IMG/VR virus record: IMGVR_UViG_3300031715_000003
Coordinates: 30,225 to 94,224 of that record
Origin: a virus
Length of the DNA: 64,000 nt
Reading direction: 5' to 3' (one strand)
The notes below the pieces were generated by a model. The model searched no databases and was not told the DNA's origin. It was given only the letters and a program-made list of their open reading frames with translations. Shown here piece by piece: positions 27,441 to 38,147 of this stretch (position 1 is its first letter; each line of letters begins with the position of its first letter). Position numbers and translations under genes: made by a program.

Positions 27441-28706
27441 ATGGCAATCAGAATGGACTCGAACACTCAAGAGGATTTTCAGCAGGTCATCAAGCACTAC
27501 GGGTTGGAAAACCTACCCGAAGCGCAGGCGGCTTCCGAAGAGACTCCAGTGTCGGAACCACCCTCCGAATCCAAGGAAGAGCCTGGCGGGGAACCCGCTG
27601 GGGAGCCCAAGGATAAAAGCGCGGCCCCTCCGGAGGAGGTCAAAACAGAAACAACGCAGGAGGCTCCTCCTGTAGGGGAAACCGAAGACGAAAAGAAGAG
27701 AAAGAGTGGATGGGCCCGCAAGGTCGAGAAACTAACGGCCCAAGTAGATGCGATTCGTGAGCAACTAGAGAGCGAACGCGGCAACTCCCGTGGCCTCCAG
27801 GAACGCCTGGAGGAAGCGGAGCGACGACTTGCGGATGCGACGGGATCAGAACCGGAGCCTGAGGTAGAACAGGGCCCGGTTCGTCCCAAGCGTCCCAAGA
27901 CGCCGACCCTGGCAGAGCACGACGGCGATTACGAGAAGTGGAGTGCGGCTATGGTGCAGCACGATGTCCTCCTCGACAAATACGAGGAGGAGATGGAGCA
28001 GTACCGCACGCAAGTCACGGAACGGGCGATCGCTGAAAATAGTGCCAGGGCCGAACAACAACTCCGGGAAAACGAAATTGTCCGCAGTTTCGTGGATCGC
28101 CGGGATGCCGGAAAGAAGATTCTGGCCGAATCCTTGGATTCCGAGGAAGTCTCATGGGCCGAACTATTCGGGGATGGCAACGGCAATCCCGGGATTGTCC
28201 GCGACAGCTTCATGGACGCTCCTGCCGACAATCCGCAAGGTGGTGCGGCGGCGGCCAGGGACTGGATCAATCGCAAATCCAAGAATCCGGCTCTTTTGCT
28301 CTATCACTTCGGTCTTGATTCCATACACAGCGGCGCGGAGAACCAGCGCTTCCGCGATATGGATGCCTTCGATCAAATCGTCGAACTCAAGGCGCTAGAT
28401 GAGCGTTTGGGAGCGGAAATTGCGGCCAAGAAAAACGGCCGCACTGAAGCAGCCCCACCGCCAAGACAAGAGCGTACTCCCCAGCAGGAACCTCCCGCAA
28501 GAACACAACCACGTCCCGCCCACAGGGTACCGGAACCTCCGATCCCAACCGTCGGTGGCCACTCCATACGAGCGACCGCCGATTCAACGGCTCAACTGGC
28601 CAGACTCTACGAGGAAGGCCGTAAGACCGGGGATATGAGTGCCTACCGGCAAGCGCGGGAACAGCAGAGAGCTGCTGAAGTCGCGGCGGGGAGGATACGC
28701 CCTTAA
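27441..28706 (+). CDS. Scaffolding protein
   Basis: Acidic coiled coil between portal and coat; PEPPIPTVGG and DMSAYRQAR C-terminus. Confidence 0.85.
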   Translation: MAIRMDSNTQEDFQQVIKHYGLENLPEAQAASEETPVSEPPSESKEEPGGEPAGEPKDKSAAPPEEVKTETTQEAPPVGETEDEKKRKSGWARKVEKLTAQVDAIREQLESERGNSRGLQERLEEAERRLADATGSEPEPEVEQGPVRPKRPKTPTLAEHDGDYEKWSAAMVQHDVLLDKYEEEMEQYRTQVTERAIAENSARAEQQLRENEIVRSFVDRRDAGKKILAESLDSEEVSWAELFGDGNGNPGIVRDSFMDAPADNPQGGAAAARDWINRKSKNPALLLYHFGLDSIHSGAENQRFRDMDAFDQIVELKALDERLGAEIAAKKNGRTEAAPPPRQERTPQQEPPARTQPRPAHRVPEPPIPTVGGHSIRATADSTAQLARLYEEGRKTGDMSAYRQAREQQRAAEVAAGRIRP

Positions 28707-28732
28707 GATCCCGGCCGGGAGAACAAAACCGA

Positions 28733-29983
28733 GTGGCTAATTCATTTCTCACCATCGGCATGGTCACATACGAAATGCTGATGGTGCTTCACAACCTTGT
28801 GGTGGCGGCCAAGAAAGCGAACCGCAACTACGAGAAACAATTCGCGCGAGTGGGCGCCAAGATCGGACAACAGGTCCAGATCCGCAAGCCCCCGCTCTAC
28901 ACCGTCACGGATGGTCCTACGTTTGTCGCGCAGGATTACGCCGAAACCAGCGTCCCCTTGACGCTCAACAAGCACAAACAGGTGGGCGTTGAGTTCCTCA
29001 ATGATGACCTCGTGCTCAGCATGGACGATTTCCGTGGTAGATTCCTCGAGCCCGCCATCGTTCCCCTTGCGAACATTGTCGACACCGACATCATGTCGCT
29101 CTACACCATGGCTTGGGAATTCACCGGCACCCCCGGCGTCACCCCGGCCCAAGACCTGCCGTTCCTAGACGCCAAAACCCTGATAACGGCCAATGCCGCC
29201 GGCGGAAGAATGTGGCCCATGATCGTCAGTTTGACCACTGACGCTCGCCTGTCCAGCGGCCTGGCTGGACGCTTCAACCCCCAAAAGGACATCTCGGGTC
29301 TGTACCTTGAAGGTTCGATGGGGCCCGCTCTGGGATGGGACTTCTACAAGACTCAGAACGTCCAGATCTTCACCACCGGAGCATGGTCGGCCAGCGTCCC
29401 TGCGACCGGCATCACGGTGAATCTCGCCGGACAAACCGGTTCCACCATCAACGTGACTGGGGCGACCGCTGGTGTCAACAACATCGGTCTCCTCGGCGAT
29501 ATCGTCCAGTTCGCTGGTGTCTACAAGGTCAACCCCGTAACGTACCTCAACACCGGGTTGCTCCAAAACTTCGTCCTCACGGCCAACGTAAATTCGGACG
29601 GCGGTGGCAACATCGCGCTCCCCATCAGCCCCCCGATCATCATCGTGGGCAAGGGCCAGACCGTAACGAACTCCCCGGCCAATGGCGCGCAGGTGCTGGT
29701 GTGGGGGAATCAGAACGTCGCGCAGGTGGCCAGCGTCACCTCCGCTCAGTGCATGGGATGGGCCTCGGAAGCCGTCACCATGGCGATGGCCGATCTCAAG
29801 GTCTTCGGTGAAGGCGAGGGCGTAAAGTGCACCCGCATGGCCGACGACGATCTCGGGATGAGCGTGCTGTATACACGCGGAGTGGACATTCGCGAATTCT
29901 CCGAGATTTCGCGCATGGACATCCTCTACGGCATGACCATGCCTCGTCCGGAACACGCCGTCAGGGTGGCGGCGATGTCGTAA
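28733..29983 (+). CDS. Major capsid protein, P22 gp5-like
   Basis: AKIGQQVQIRKP, LSMDDF, RMDILYG...RPE; insertion domain about aa 226-325. Confidence 0.93.
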   Translation: MANSFLTIGMVTYEMLMVLHNLVVAAKKANRNYEKQFARVGAKIGQQVQIRKPPLYTVTDGPTFVAQDYAETSVPLTLNKHKQVGVEFLNDDLVLSMDDFRGRFLEPAIVPLANIVDTDIMSLYTMAWEFTGTPGVTPAQDLPFLDAKTLITANAAGGRMWPMIVSLTTDARLSSGLAGRFNPQKDISGLYLEGSMGPALGWDFYKTQNVQIFTTGAWSASVPATGITVNLAGQTGSTINVTGATAGVNNIGLLGDIVQFAGVYKVNPVTYLNTGLLQNFVLTANVNSDGGGNIALPISPPIIIVGKGQTVTNSPANGAQVLVWGNQNVAQVASVTSAQCMGWASEAVTMAMADLKVFGEGEGVKCTRMADDDLGMSVLYTRGVDIREFSEISRMDILYGMTMPRPEHAVRVAAMS

Positions 29984-30016
29984 GGGGGAGCGTACTCCCA
30001 AAGGAGAACCATAACC

Positions 30017-30886
30017 ATGAAAACCTTTAGACTGATCGCTCTCTTGTCTCTGGCCAGCGCCATTGGCTCTGCCCAATTGAACGTGACATCGACCACGCTC
30101 GCGGCTGCCGTTACGTCGGCCAGTTGTCCGGCGGCTGGCTGCACCGTGACGCTTACCAGCGCCACTGGTGTCGTGGCCCAAGGTCCCAACAACCAAATCA
30201 ATACCGTGCTCTACGTGGATCGCGAACTGATGTGGGTCACCAACTTCATCAGCGGCACCACTTACGGAGTGCAACGCGGCAAAAACCAAACGCGCCCGTG
30301 GACTCACTCCAGTGGCGCGACCGTCTACCTCGGACCTCCCACCAACAACTTCCTCGCTAACAATGGGACTTCGGCGGAGACTTGGGGGAGTTGCGTGGCG
30401 ACCAACGAATACAGTCTCCCCAAGATCTATGTCACAACCGGAGACATCTTCCAGTGCTACAACGGTGCGAATGGAGGGAATTGGTTCTTGGTCGGGAGTG
30501 GCACCGGGGTGACGGTAGGGAAGTCTCTTTCGGCCTTCTGCACCGGAACGGTCGGTAGCGCCGAGACTGAATTCCTCAACGACGCGGCCTGCTCTGGAGC
30601 CACCGCAAACCTCGCGAAAAACGTAGTCGTAACCGGTGGAACGCTGGCAAACCTTAGGGTTTACAGCACTGCGGTCGCCGTCGGAGGAACCAACAAGGAC
30701 GTGATGACCGTTTTCAAGAACGGCAGCGCCACCACCATCACCTGTACGATTGCGGCTTCGGCCGCGACGTGCTCTGACTCGGGTCATTCCGTCATGACGG
30801 TACCGGGTGACGTCATATCGTTCCAATTCGTGACCGCCACTTCCGATACCGCCGCCAATATGGTGGCCTCAGTCGGTCTGTACTGA
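30017..30886 (+). CDS. Putative capsid decoration protein with Sec signal peptide
   Basis: MKTFRLIALLSLASAIGSA-Q; TTLAAAVT, VDRELM, VQRG; Cys pairs. Confidence 0.75.
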   Translation: MKTFRLIALLSLASAIGSAQLNVTSTTLAAAVTSASCPAAGCTVTLTSATGVVAQGPNNQINTVLYVDRELMWVTNFISGTTYGVQRGKNQTRPWTHSSGATVYLGPPTNNFLANNGTSAETWGSCVATNEYSLPKIYVTTGDIFQCYNGANGGNWFLVGSGTGVTVGKSLSAFCTGTVGSAETEFLNDAACSGATANLAKNVVVTGGTLANLRVYSTAVAVGGTNKDVMTVFKNGSATTITCTIAASAATCSDSGHSVMTVPGDVISFQFVTATSDTAANMVASVGLY

Positions 30887-30898
30887 CACACAAGGGGA

Positions 30899-30932
30899 CA
30901 GGGGGAAGACGCTTTCGAGCGTTCTCCCCCTG
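30899..30932 (+). terminator. Hairpin containing dispersed motif
   Basis: CAGGGGGAA...TTCTCCCCCTG; similar to E4 inner stem. Confidence 0.45.
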
Positions 30933-30945
30933 AAGGGCCAAATAA

Positions 30946-31380
30946 ATGAAAATGCTGATGCGAATCTGGTGCGGTGCGTTGCTGGCCTTCATGTTATTTG
31001 TAGTGGGGGTATCGGCCGAGCCGCAGCAGGGCAGGATCATCACCATCACGGCGGGAACGGCCATCAGGCTGATTCTTAACCCCACCACCGTCAAGCCGGT
31101 GCTGGCCAACTCCATGCTGATCCAGGTGCAGCATGCAGGAAGTGGCCTCGTTTATGTCCTCAACGCCAACCCGCAGCAAACATGCGCCCTGGGGAATGCT
31201 ACGACGACGGAGGTGGCGGAACTGGCCCCAGCTACATCGACAGAGCCCGGGGGATCATTCACGTTCCCTAGCAATGGGTCGGCAACCACCGGTTCCAGCG
31301 GGTTCGATGTCCGGTACTGGTGCGTCGATGGATCCAACAGCGGCGACACCGTGATTGTGTCGTGGGATGTAAGGAATTGA
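30946..31380 (+). CDS. Putative virion accessory protein with signal peptide
   Basis: Hydrophobic leader ending VSA; beta-rich. Confidence 0.7.
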   Translation: MKMLMRIWCGALLAFMLFVVGVSAEPQQGRIITITAGTAIRLILNPTTVKPVLANSMLIQVQHAGSGLVYVLNANPQQTCALGNATTTEVAELAPATSTEPGGSFTFPSNGSATTGSSGFDVRYWCVDGSNSGDTVIVSWDVRN

Positions 31381-31393
31381 GAGGAGAACGTTC

Positions 31394-31669
31394 ATGAAAA
31401 CAGGCAAGACGGCCCAGGATTATCGGGAGACGGGCTGGAAGAAGCAGCCCAAGCCGCCCGAAAAGAGGCTGCCAGATCCCGGGAGCGAATTCCCCAAGCA
31501 TGTCGTGTGCTTCGACGGAGCGAAGCGGACGGTTAACTCCGCGGAGGAGGAAGCACAGTGTACCAGAGCTGCGGAGGTTGAACCACTGCCAGCGGAAGAG
31601 AAGAAAGAGGAGTCGGCGGCCGCGCCGGAGCCACCCAAGGAGGAAACTCCGACGGAGCATGCGGCCTAG
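31394..31669 (+). CDS. Hypothetical head-region protein
   Basis: EFPKHV...VNSAEEE motif. Confidence 0.7.
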   Translation: MKTGKTAQDYRETGWKKQPKPPEKRLPDPGSEFPKHVVCFDGAKRTVNSAEEEAQCTRAAEVEPLPAEEKKEESAAAPEPPKEETPTEHAA

Positions 31670-31681
31670 CTGTTTCTGGGT

Positions 31682-32050
31682 ATGGCCGAGGAACTTCGTC
31701 CGCTGACATACGCGGAGCGCAAGCGCGAAGAGCGACGAGAGAAATGGGAGTTTGCTTTCGGCAAGGAACGGACAATGCCATTAAGGGAAAATGCCACGCC
31801 ACAGGAAGTCCATGAATACCCCAAGTGGGTTACGGACCGCCAGACTGGACTCCGCATCATCGTCCACAGCCGCGAGGAGGAGGAGAGGCGCGCGGAGGCT
31901 CCTTCTCCTTTTCCTCCCTCAAATGAGGCGCCAAAACAGGAAGCGGCCAAAACCGAACTCCCCCAGAAGAAGCGCCGGGGAGCACCGTTCCCGTTCCGCA
32001 CCAATGCTGGATATGAAGAAATGAAACGAGCGCAGGACGCGGCCCAGTGA
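31682..32050 (+). CDS. Hypothetical head-region protein (paralog of previous)
   Basis: EYPKWV...VHSREEE motif. Confidence 0.7.
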   Translation: MAEELRPLTYAERKREERREKWEFAFGKERTMPLRENATPQEVHEYPKWVTDRQTGLRIIVHSREEEERRAEAPSPFPPSNEAPKQEAAKTELPQKKRRGAPFPFRTNAGYEEMKRAQDAAQ

Positions 32051-32805
32051 GCATCACGTTCATACAGCTAGCGTCCGATGCCTTGAGCGATATCAAGCAA
32101 CTCGGTATCGGCCAAAGCCCCAGTCCGGAGCAAATTACGCAGGCGTTAAATTACGCCAACCGGATGCTCGGTAAGTGGAGCACGCAGCGGCTGTTCCTCT
32201 ACACCGTTGCCAAGTTACCGTTCGCCGCGACAGCCAACGTCCAGGACTACACCATCGGGCCGTCCGGTGCTACCTTTACCGCTGTGCGACCGACATTCGT
32301 GGAAGCCGCCCAGGTGACGCCACCGGGGAGTTCCCTCTACCTTCCGCTGAGCATCCTGGACATAACCAAATGGGGAGCCATCAGGGATAAGGGCGCTACG
32401 TGTAGCGCGTCAGGCGTTCCACAGGACGTCTGGATTGAGTACGCCTATCCAAACCTCGGATTCCATCTGTGGACCATTCCGTCCAACGCCTGCACCATCT
32501 ACCTGTCGGCATGGCAACCCCTGCCACAATTCGTAACGGCCTTTGACGTTTTGAGCTTTCCGCTTGGGTATGAGGAAGCCATACAGAAAAATCTTGCCGT
32601 AGAATTAAGTCCGGCGTATGACATGCCCGTGGACCCTACTCTTGCGGCCCTAGCGATGGACGGAATGGCGAAAATACAAGCCGTCAACCAGCAGAGCCTC
32701 GGTGGTGCGCTAGGCGATAGTCAACTCCTCACGGCCCCGAATCTTGCGAATCCAAATCCCACGGCGACAGCGGCCCCGCCGCCGGGCTCCCCCCAGAGGC
32801 AATAG
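32047..32805 (+). CDS. Head-tail adaptor, P22 gp4-like, copy 1
   Basis: AL..I..LG.GQSPS...ALNYANRML..W; FPLGYEEAIQKNLAVEL. Confidence 0.8.
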   Translation: MSITFIQLASDALSDIKQLGIGQSPSPEQITQALNYANRMLGKWSTQRLFLYTVAKLPFAATANVQDYTIGPSGATFTAVRPTFVEAAQVTPPGSSLYLPLSILDITKWGAIRDKGATCSASGVPQDVWIEYAYPNLGFHLWTIPSNACTIYLSAWQPLPQFVTAFDVLSFPLGYEEAIQKNLAVELSPAYDMPVDPTLAALAMDGMAKIQAVNQQSLGGALGDSQLLTAPNLANPNPTATAAPPPGSPQRQ

Positions 32806-32808
32806 CAC

Positions 32809-33624
32809 ATGGGGAACTACATCAGCCCTAGCGTCATCAGTCCCTCAAGCTACACTGTCACGGCTTGGACGCTACAGGACATGATCACGCAGGCCATGCG
32901 GATGGCCCACGCGCTGAAGATGCCAGGGCAAGGCGCCAGCCCCAGCGAACTTCAGGAGGGGCTGGACGTTTGCAACCATATGGTAGACGGCTGGAAGCTG
33001 GAAAACCTCCTGATCCCGTTCTTCATCCGGACAGTTGTTTTGCTACAGACCAACCAGAAGACCTACGGCGTCGGGCCCGGTCAGGACTGGGACATCGAAC
33101 GACCAGAGAAGATCCACTACGCCAGCTTCCTGATCAATCCGAGCACCAGCACGGAATGCGAAATCCCCATGGAAGTGGTGCTGACGTATCAGGAGTTCGC
33201 CGCCATCGTGGCGAAGAACGTTACGGCATCCATCCCGCTGGCTATCTATTACCAGAACACTCTCCCCTATGGGACGGCGCAACTGTGGCCGGTCCCGAGC
33301 GCCACCACGACCCAAGTAGCGCTATACACGCAGTGGGCTCTCCAGGAATTCAATACGGTGGACGACAATCTCGTGACGCCCAAGGGATTCCGCGAGATGA
33401 TCATGTACAACCTGGCGGTTCGGGTACGGCAACGCGCCAGCGAGACCAGAGTATTGGCGGTCCCGATGGACCCCACGGTTTACCAGATGGCGCTTGAGAC
33501 GAAACAGCGGGTGAAAAATCAGTTCATCAAGCCCATATACGTCGGGTCCGATCCGGCAGCGATCGGACGCCGGCAGGGCAGGTGGTACGGGGGCATGGCG
33601 CAAGCTTGGACGCCGTACAGTTAA
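32809..33624 (+). CDS. Head-tail adaptor, P22 gp4-like, copy 2
   Basis: GQGASPSELQEGLDVCNHMVDGW; PKGFREMIMYNLAVRV. Confidence 0.75.
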   Translation: MGNYISPSVISPSSYTVTAWTLQDMITQAMRMAHALKMPGQGASPSELQEGLDVCNHMVDGWKLENLLIPFFIRTVVLLQTNQKTYGVGPGQDWDIERPEKIHYASFLINPSTSTECEIPMEVVLTYQEFAAIVAKNVTASIPLAIYYQNTLPYGTAQLWPVPSATTTQVALYTQWALQEFNTVDDNLVTPKGFREMIMYNLAVRVRQRASETRVLAVPMDPTVYQMALETKQRVKNQFIKPIYVGSDPAAIGRRQGRWYGGMAQAWTPYS

Positions 33625-33635
33625 GAAAGGAACCT

Positions 33636-33884
33636 ATGGCTTGGATAGCGGTAGAGGCGGGTCGGCTCATCAACACGGAATTCCTCTCGAACGTGGAGTT
33701 CAACCATCGTCTGAAGCACGGGCACTGCATGTCGGCTGGCGTGGTCATTGCGAGCGATAGCCGGATGGCCTACGACTACTTCTGGCCGCTCTTTCAGAAG
33801 ACCATCGCCGAACAACAGGCAGCGTCCGAACAACAGGTGGCGGCCGAAAAACAGGTAGCAGAAGAGAAGGCCAAGGGGGCCTAA
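33636..33884 (+). CDS. Hypothetical protein
   Basis: AAGGA SD; MAWIAVEAGRLINTE. Confidence 0.6.
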   Translation: MAWIAVEAGRLINTEFLSNVEFNHRLKHGHCMSAGVVIASDSRMAYDYFWPLFQKTIAEQQAASEQQVAAEKQVAEEKAKGA

Positions 33885-33887
33885 CGA

Positions 33888-35402
33888 ATGGCGCAGTGGC
33901 CGGGATTCTGCGGGCCGTCCTACAAACTGGAGTCCCCCAACGGTTCTCCCGACGAGACCATCAACTTCTACACCGAGACGCTCGAGCGTGGACCACGCCA
34001 GGGACAAACTCGGCTACGCCAGATCCCCGGTCTATCGATACTGCCCGGCTTCGTGACGGAGAGCACCAACGGATTCCCTGCGGGCCCTATCCAAGCGCTG
34101 TATGCCAGCGCTGGTGGAGCACGACTCTTCGCCGTAGCGGGTGGTGGAGTCTTCGAGGTCTTTCAGCCGCCGGCCAATCCTCCCTATACGTTGCTCGGAA
34201 ATGTGGGGCTGGCGACCAATCCCGCCACGATGGCGGCCAACGGATTCCAGTTGGCGATCGCCAGCGGCGGCCAACTCTACATCACTAATCTTGGGACCAC
34301 AGGTCCGGGCGTCATCCCCGTGGTCGACACTACGGGGCAGGAAGTGGTGGCGACGGCCGTGAACGTCATTGATCAGTATTTCGTCATCAGCCAGCCCAAC
34401 ACCAAGATCGTGCAGATTTCGAATCTCGCTCCCAATGGAGGCATTTGGGATCCTGCCGATGAGGCGGAAAAGGAAGGCTACGCCGACAATATCCAGCGGG
34501 TGTGGGTCGACGCTCCGGGGGGAGAACTACTCTACCTACACGGCACCGACACGATGGAAATCTGGCAGGACACTGGCGGATTATTCCCGTTCCAGAGGAT
34601 TTCCGGATGCGTCTTCCCCGTGGGCTGCGATTCCGCTTGGTCGATCGCCGGCATCAATGGACTCCACTTCTGGCTGTGGCGAGGCCAGATTTGGGTGACG
34701 CAGGGGACGATGGCTCCGGTGGTCGTGAGCGACTGGGGAGTAGAACAGCAGATCAAGCAGTACAGTTGGAACGACTGGCTGAACGCGGAAGGCTTCAGCT
34801 ACCTGCAGGGCCATCACGTCTTCTACGTCATCTCCTTCCCGTTCATTGGGGAAACGTGGTGCCTGGACTTCACCGAAAAGGCGTGGCATAGGCGGCTGTA
34901 CTGGCAGAACGGAGTATGGACCCGCTACCGGCCGAGGGTTTACGCCAATGCTTTCGGACTCGACATCGTGGGAGATTACGCAACCAACATGCTGTACGTG
35001 CTGGACCCCACGGTAGCGACCGACGCCACGGTGAACGGCGTGACGGCTCCCCTGCGGCGCGAGCGCATCGCTCCCTATTTGACCAGCGGGATGACGAATG
35101 TGCGGCATAATCGTATGACGCTCGACATGGATACAGGTGTGGGGCTGCAGGTTCCGGTGGGGCACGTAGGGCAGAATCCACAGTGCCAGATGCGCTACTC
35201 CAAGGACCGAGGCAAGAACTGGAGCCTGTGGCGGCAAGACAGTATCGGGGCGGCAGGCTTGGATCAAACGCGCGTCTTCTGGCCGCAGATGGGGAGTTCA
35301 CGGATCGGCTTGACCGTGGACCTCGTCATTACAGATCCCGTCATCACCTCGATCAACGCTGCCTACATCGATGAGAATCCGGGGACGTGGCCACGCCCAT
35401 AA
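33888..35402 (+). CDS. Tail hub / packaged DNA stabilization protein, P22 gp10-like
   Basis: GFCGPSY...INFY; YLQGHHVFYVISFP...WH.R; DMDTGVG...MRYSKDRG. Confidence 0.9.
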   Translation: MAQWPGFCGPSYKLESPNGSPDETINFYTETLERGPRQGQTRLRQIPGLSILPGFVTESTNGFPAGPIQALYASAGGARLFAVAGGGVFEVFQPPANPPYTLLGNVGLATNPATMAANGFQLAIASGGQLYITNLGTTGPGVIPVVDTTGQEVVATAVNVIDQYFVISQPNTKIVQISNLAPNGGIWDPADEAEKEGYADNIQRVWVDAPGGELLYLHGTDTMEIWQDTGGLFPFQRISGCVFPVGCDSAWSIAGINGLHFWLWRGQIWVTQGTMAPVVVSDWGVEQQIKQYSWNDWLNAEGFSYLQGHHVFYVISFPFIGETWCLDFTEKAWHRRLYWQNGVWTRYRPRVYANAFGLDIVGDYATNMLYVLDPTVATDATVNGVTAPLRRERIAPYLTSGMTNVRHNRMTLDMDTGVGLQVPVGHVGQNPQCQMRYSKDRGKNWSLWRQDSIGAAGLDQTRVFWPQMGSSRIGLTVDLVITDPVITSINAAYIDENPGTWPRP

Positions 35403-35880
35403 TGGTGGATATGCGGAAATTCATTATCAAGCAACTGTTGAAGATCCTGAATAGCCAATGGTTCAACCAAAGCCCCTGCCGCTATGGATTCATCGGAAAC
35501 GTTGATGCCTTTTCCTACGAAAATCTTATGTATGAGGAAAAGGGTCGGCCGGGCATAACAGTAAAGACAATTCTCGCGGAAGCCGATGCTTTTCGGTCAT
35601 GCCCCATGAGGAAGGCAGGCGTGACCGTCATCGAGGATGGGGTCGCGCGCGAGGCCGACATCTGGGACCTCCACGAACTACGCAATATGGGAGTCGAACG
35701 AAAATGATCGGACAAGAGGAAGAAGACCGTATTCCCCGCGATCCCGATTATTACACCGATGACGAGATTGACGAACTGCTTTTGAAGGCCCACGCTCTGG
35801 GTTATTCGCTTGATCCCGGTAGCGAACTGGAGGAATTGACGATTCGCCAACTTGAAGTGCTGGTAATGAGGATTCAGTAA
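35402..35880 (+). CDS. Two small inserted hypothetical ORFs (35402-35707, 35704-35880)
   Basis: Coupled ORFs. Confidence 0.5.
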
Positions 35881-37556
35881 TGGGTGCCGGACCAATCCTC
35901 AGCGCCTACACGTTGCGCGCACCGTACTCCCCCACGCCAATCGTGGACCCTTCAACGGGTGTCGCCACGCCCCAGATGGACCTCTGGCTGCGAAACATCC
36001 AGCCCACTCTCCAGCAACTCTCGGGAGTCAGCGCCATTCAGTACGGTGTCCGAGGAAATGGAAAAGCTGACGACACCGCTGCAATCCAGGCCACCATCAA
36101 CCAAGTGGCGGCTAACGGTGGGGGTGTAGCGCTGCTGCCGGTCGGCACATTCAATATCGGGACCGTCACGTTTCCATCGGGCGACATCCCCATCACGCTG
36201 GCGGGCCAGGGGCCGGCGAGCATTATCTTGCGAGGCAAGCAAACCGGAGCCGGCCAGGGACTCCTCGACATCAGCGGTTCGAACGTCACGTTCCAGGACT
36301 TCCTGATCGACGGTGCCACCACGATGCCGCAGGGGCTGCATTACAACCAGGACTTTTTGGGCGTTGGCGGTAACGATCCAATGGCGTCCTCCCTCACGCA
36401 AAACACCTCCATCTGGGTCCACAGCAATGTCAGCGGGTTCCGCATGGACCGAGTGACGATTCAGCACACGGGGGGATATTCAGTTCTGCTAGATGCACGG
36501 TCCGGAACGATAGAACTGGTCGATATCGTGCAGTGTTGGTTCCAAAACAACCGGCCGTTCCTATTCGGCACCATCGGCAACCCCGCGATTTACGGATCGT
36601 GGGGAGGCGGCATTCTGGCTCATGGAGCCGGGCAGACTGCTGGATCGGGAGTGGTCCAAACCCTCCTGGTGGCGCTCTGCCAGTTCCAACGCAACACGGG
36701 CAATTGCCTGTGGAGCCATCTCTACGGGCTGAATGAACTGCATCAAAACTTTCGTTTCATCGGCAATCACTTTCTGGATTGCGGGCTGGACGGAATAGAA
36801 TTCGGGGGGGTTGACGGCGGATCCGCCAGCGCCAATGTCTTCAGGCGTGTGGGCTACATCTGCCTGGACGACACTTCACAATCGACTCCCCGATGGGACC
36901 CGGTCGCACCCGCCACCGCCATAGATTCGAGTGGGGTCGTCAAGGCCGTTGCGCTCACGGGGAACTCGTTCACATCGGTGAACGGCGGCGCGATGGATCT
37001 AGACGGCCATGGCCAGAGCGCCATTGTGGGGAATGTCGTGCGGGTGCCGTATTTTGGTGAGCCAGAATATGATGAAGACCAGATTCCACTGACTGGTCCG
37101 ACCAACAGCGGATCGGCCAGCTATGGCGTCAACATGAACAACACGAGCCAGACCGCTGAGGGTGCTGCAAATGTCGAAATCGTGGGGAATTCGTTCATCA
37201 ACTTGGCGGGCGGATCGATTCGCCTCTATGCGGCGCGGTTCTGTGCGGCTAAGGCCAACCTGATCGTGTCGCCGGATGCGCCTGCGAATCCGCCCGTAGC
37301 GCTCGGACCCGTGGGGCCGAATCCCAATCAGCGATGCCACGATAACCGCGTTGCCCACAACGACGTCAGCTACGCCCCAGCTTCGTCGGAGCCAGTGGTG
37401 TTCGAGGACGACACCATTTCGATGTTCATGTCGACCGAGAAGAATTATGTGTTCGGCAACCAGCCGATAACGCCATCGGGGTCCAACGCCTTCGAGTTTC
37501 AGCCAAGTTCGCATTCGGGAAGCCCCACTTACGCTCAAACCGTGTGGTTCCCATGA
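35880..37556 (+). CDS. Tailspike/needle with pectate-lyase-like beta-helix
   Basis: PIVDPSTG...W N-terminus; YGVRGNGKADDTAAIQ; parallel beta-helix repeats; no signal peptide. Confidence 0.8.
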   Translation: MGAGPILSAYTLRAPYSPTPIVDPSTGVATPQMDLWLRNIQPTLQQLSGVSAIQYGVRGNGKADDTAAIQATINQVAANGGGVALLPVGTFNIGTVTFPSGDIPITLAGQGPASIILRGKQTGAGQGLLDISGSNVTFQDFLIDGATTMPQGLHYNQDFLGVGGNDPMASSLTQNTSIWVHSNVSGFRMDRVTIQHTGGYSVLLDARSGTIELVDIVQCWFQNNRPFLFGTIGNPAIYGSWGGGILAHGAGQTAGSGVVQTLLVALCQFQRNTGNCLWSHLYGLNELHQNFRFIGNHFLDCGLDGIEFGGVDGGSASANVFRRVGYICLDDTSQSTPRWDPVAPATAIDSSGVVKAVALTGNSFTSVNGGAMDLDGHGQSAIVGNVVRVPYFGEPEYDEDQIPLTGPTNSGSASYGVNMNNTSQTAEGAANVEIVGNSFINLAGGSIRLYAARFCAAKANLIVSPDAPANPPVALGPVGPNPNQRCHDNRVAHNDVSYAPASSEPVVFEDDTISMFMSTEKNYVFGNQPITPSGSNAFEFQPSSHSGSPTYAQTVWFP

Positions 37557-37593
37557 AAATGATCTACACTTCAATTAAAGGAGAAATTCCAGA

Positions 37594-38145
37594 ATGACCC
37601 GTCAATTCCGGGCCGCGCTCATCGGCGTTGCCCTCATTGCTTTCTTCGCGGTGGTGGCGCACTACGCCCCGCACGTGGCCGCGCAGTCTGCCCCGTCCTT
37701 CAGCAACACCGGCTCGTTCGCGGCGGTAACGACGCGCGTCTGCAGCGATGTCGCTAACGTTGGCTCGCAATACACCCAAACCGTGAACGGCGGCTTGAGC
37801 TACCTCTGTCTGGAAACCGGAAACCCCGCCACGCTTGGAACGGCAGCATTCCAGTGGCTTCCATTTGTGGGGCAACAGGGTTACATTACGGGGGAGAACG
37901 GTGCCAACAACGCGATCGCCACCCCGGTGGGCGTGGGGCCGGCGCTCTCGCCCGGCACTATCCTCTACATTCTGCTGGCGCACTCCCTACAGGCTGGTGC
38001 CGACACGCTGGCGTACCAAGGCGGAACCGCGACCGCGATCAAGAGTCACCGCAACACGGCCAACAACATTGGAACGGCTTACGCCACGGGCGGCGTTATC
38101 CAATTGGAGTGGGACGGAACGCAGTTCGAGGATATGTCGCAATAA
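37594..38145 (+). CDS. Signal-peptide virion accessory protein
   Basis: Leader ending VAA-Q; C-domain paralogous to 56369-57118. Confidence 0.7.
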   Translation: MTRQFRAALIGVALIAFFAVVAHYAPHVAAQSAPSFSNTGSFAAVTTRVCSDVANVGSQYTQTVNGGLSYLCLETGNPATLGTAAFQWLPFVGQQGYITGENGANNAIATPVGVGPALSPGTILYILLAHSLQAGADTLAYQGGTATAIKSHRNTANNIGTAYATGGVIQLEWDGTQFEDMSQ

Positions 38146-38147
38146 AC

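Noticed and set aside
29165-30826. 553-aa minus-strand ORF and similar long antisense ORFs (34581, 41481, 44186, 55275)
   Set aside because: Shadow frames of well-supported plus-strand genes in GC-rich DNA.
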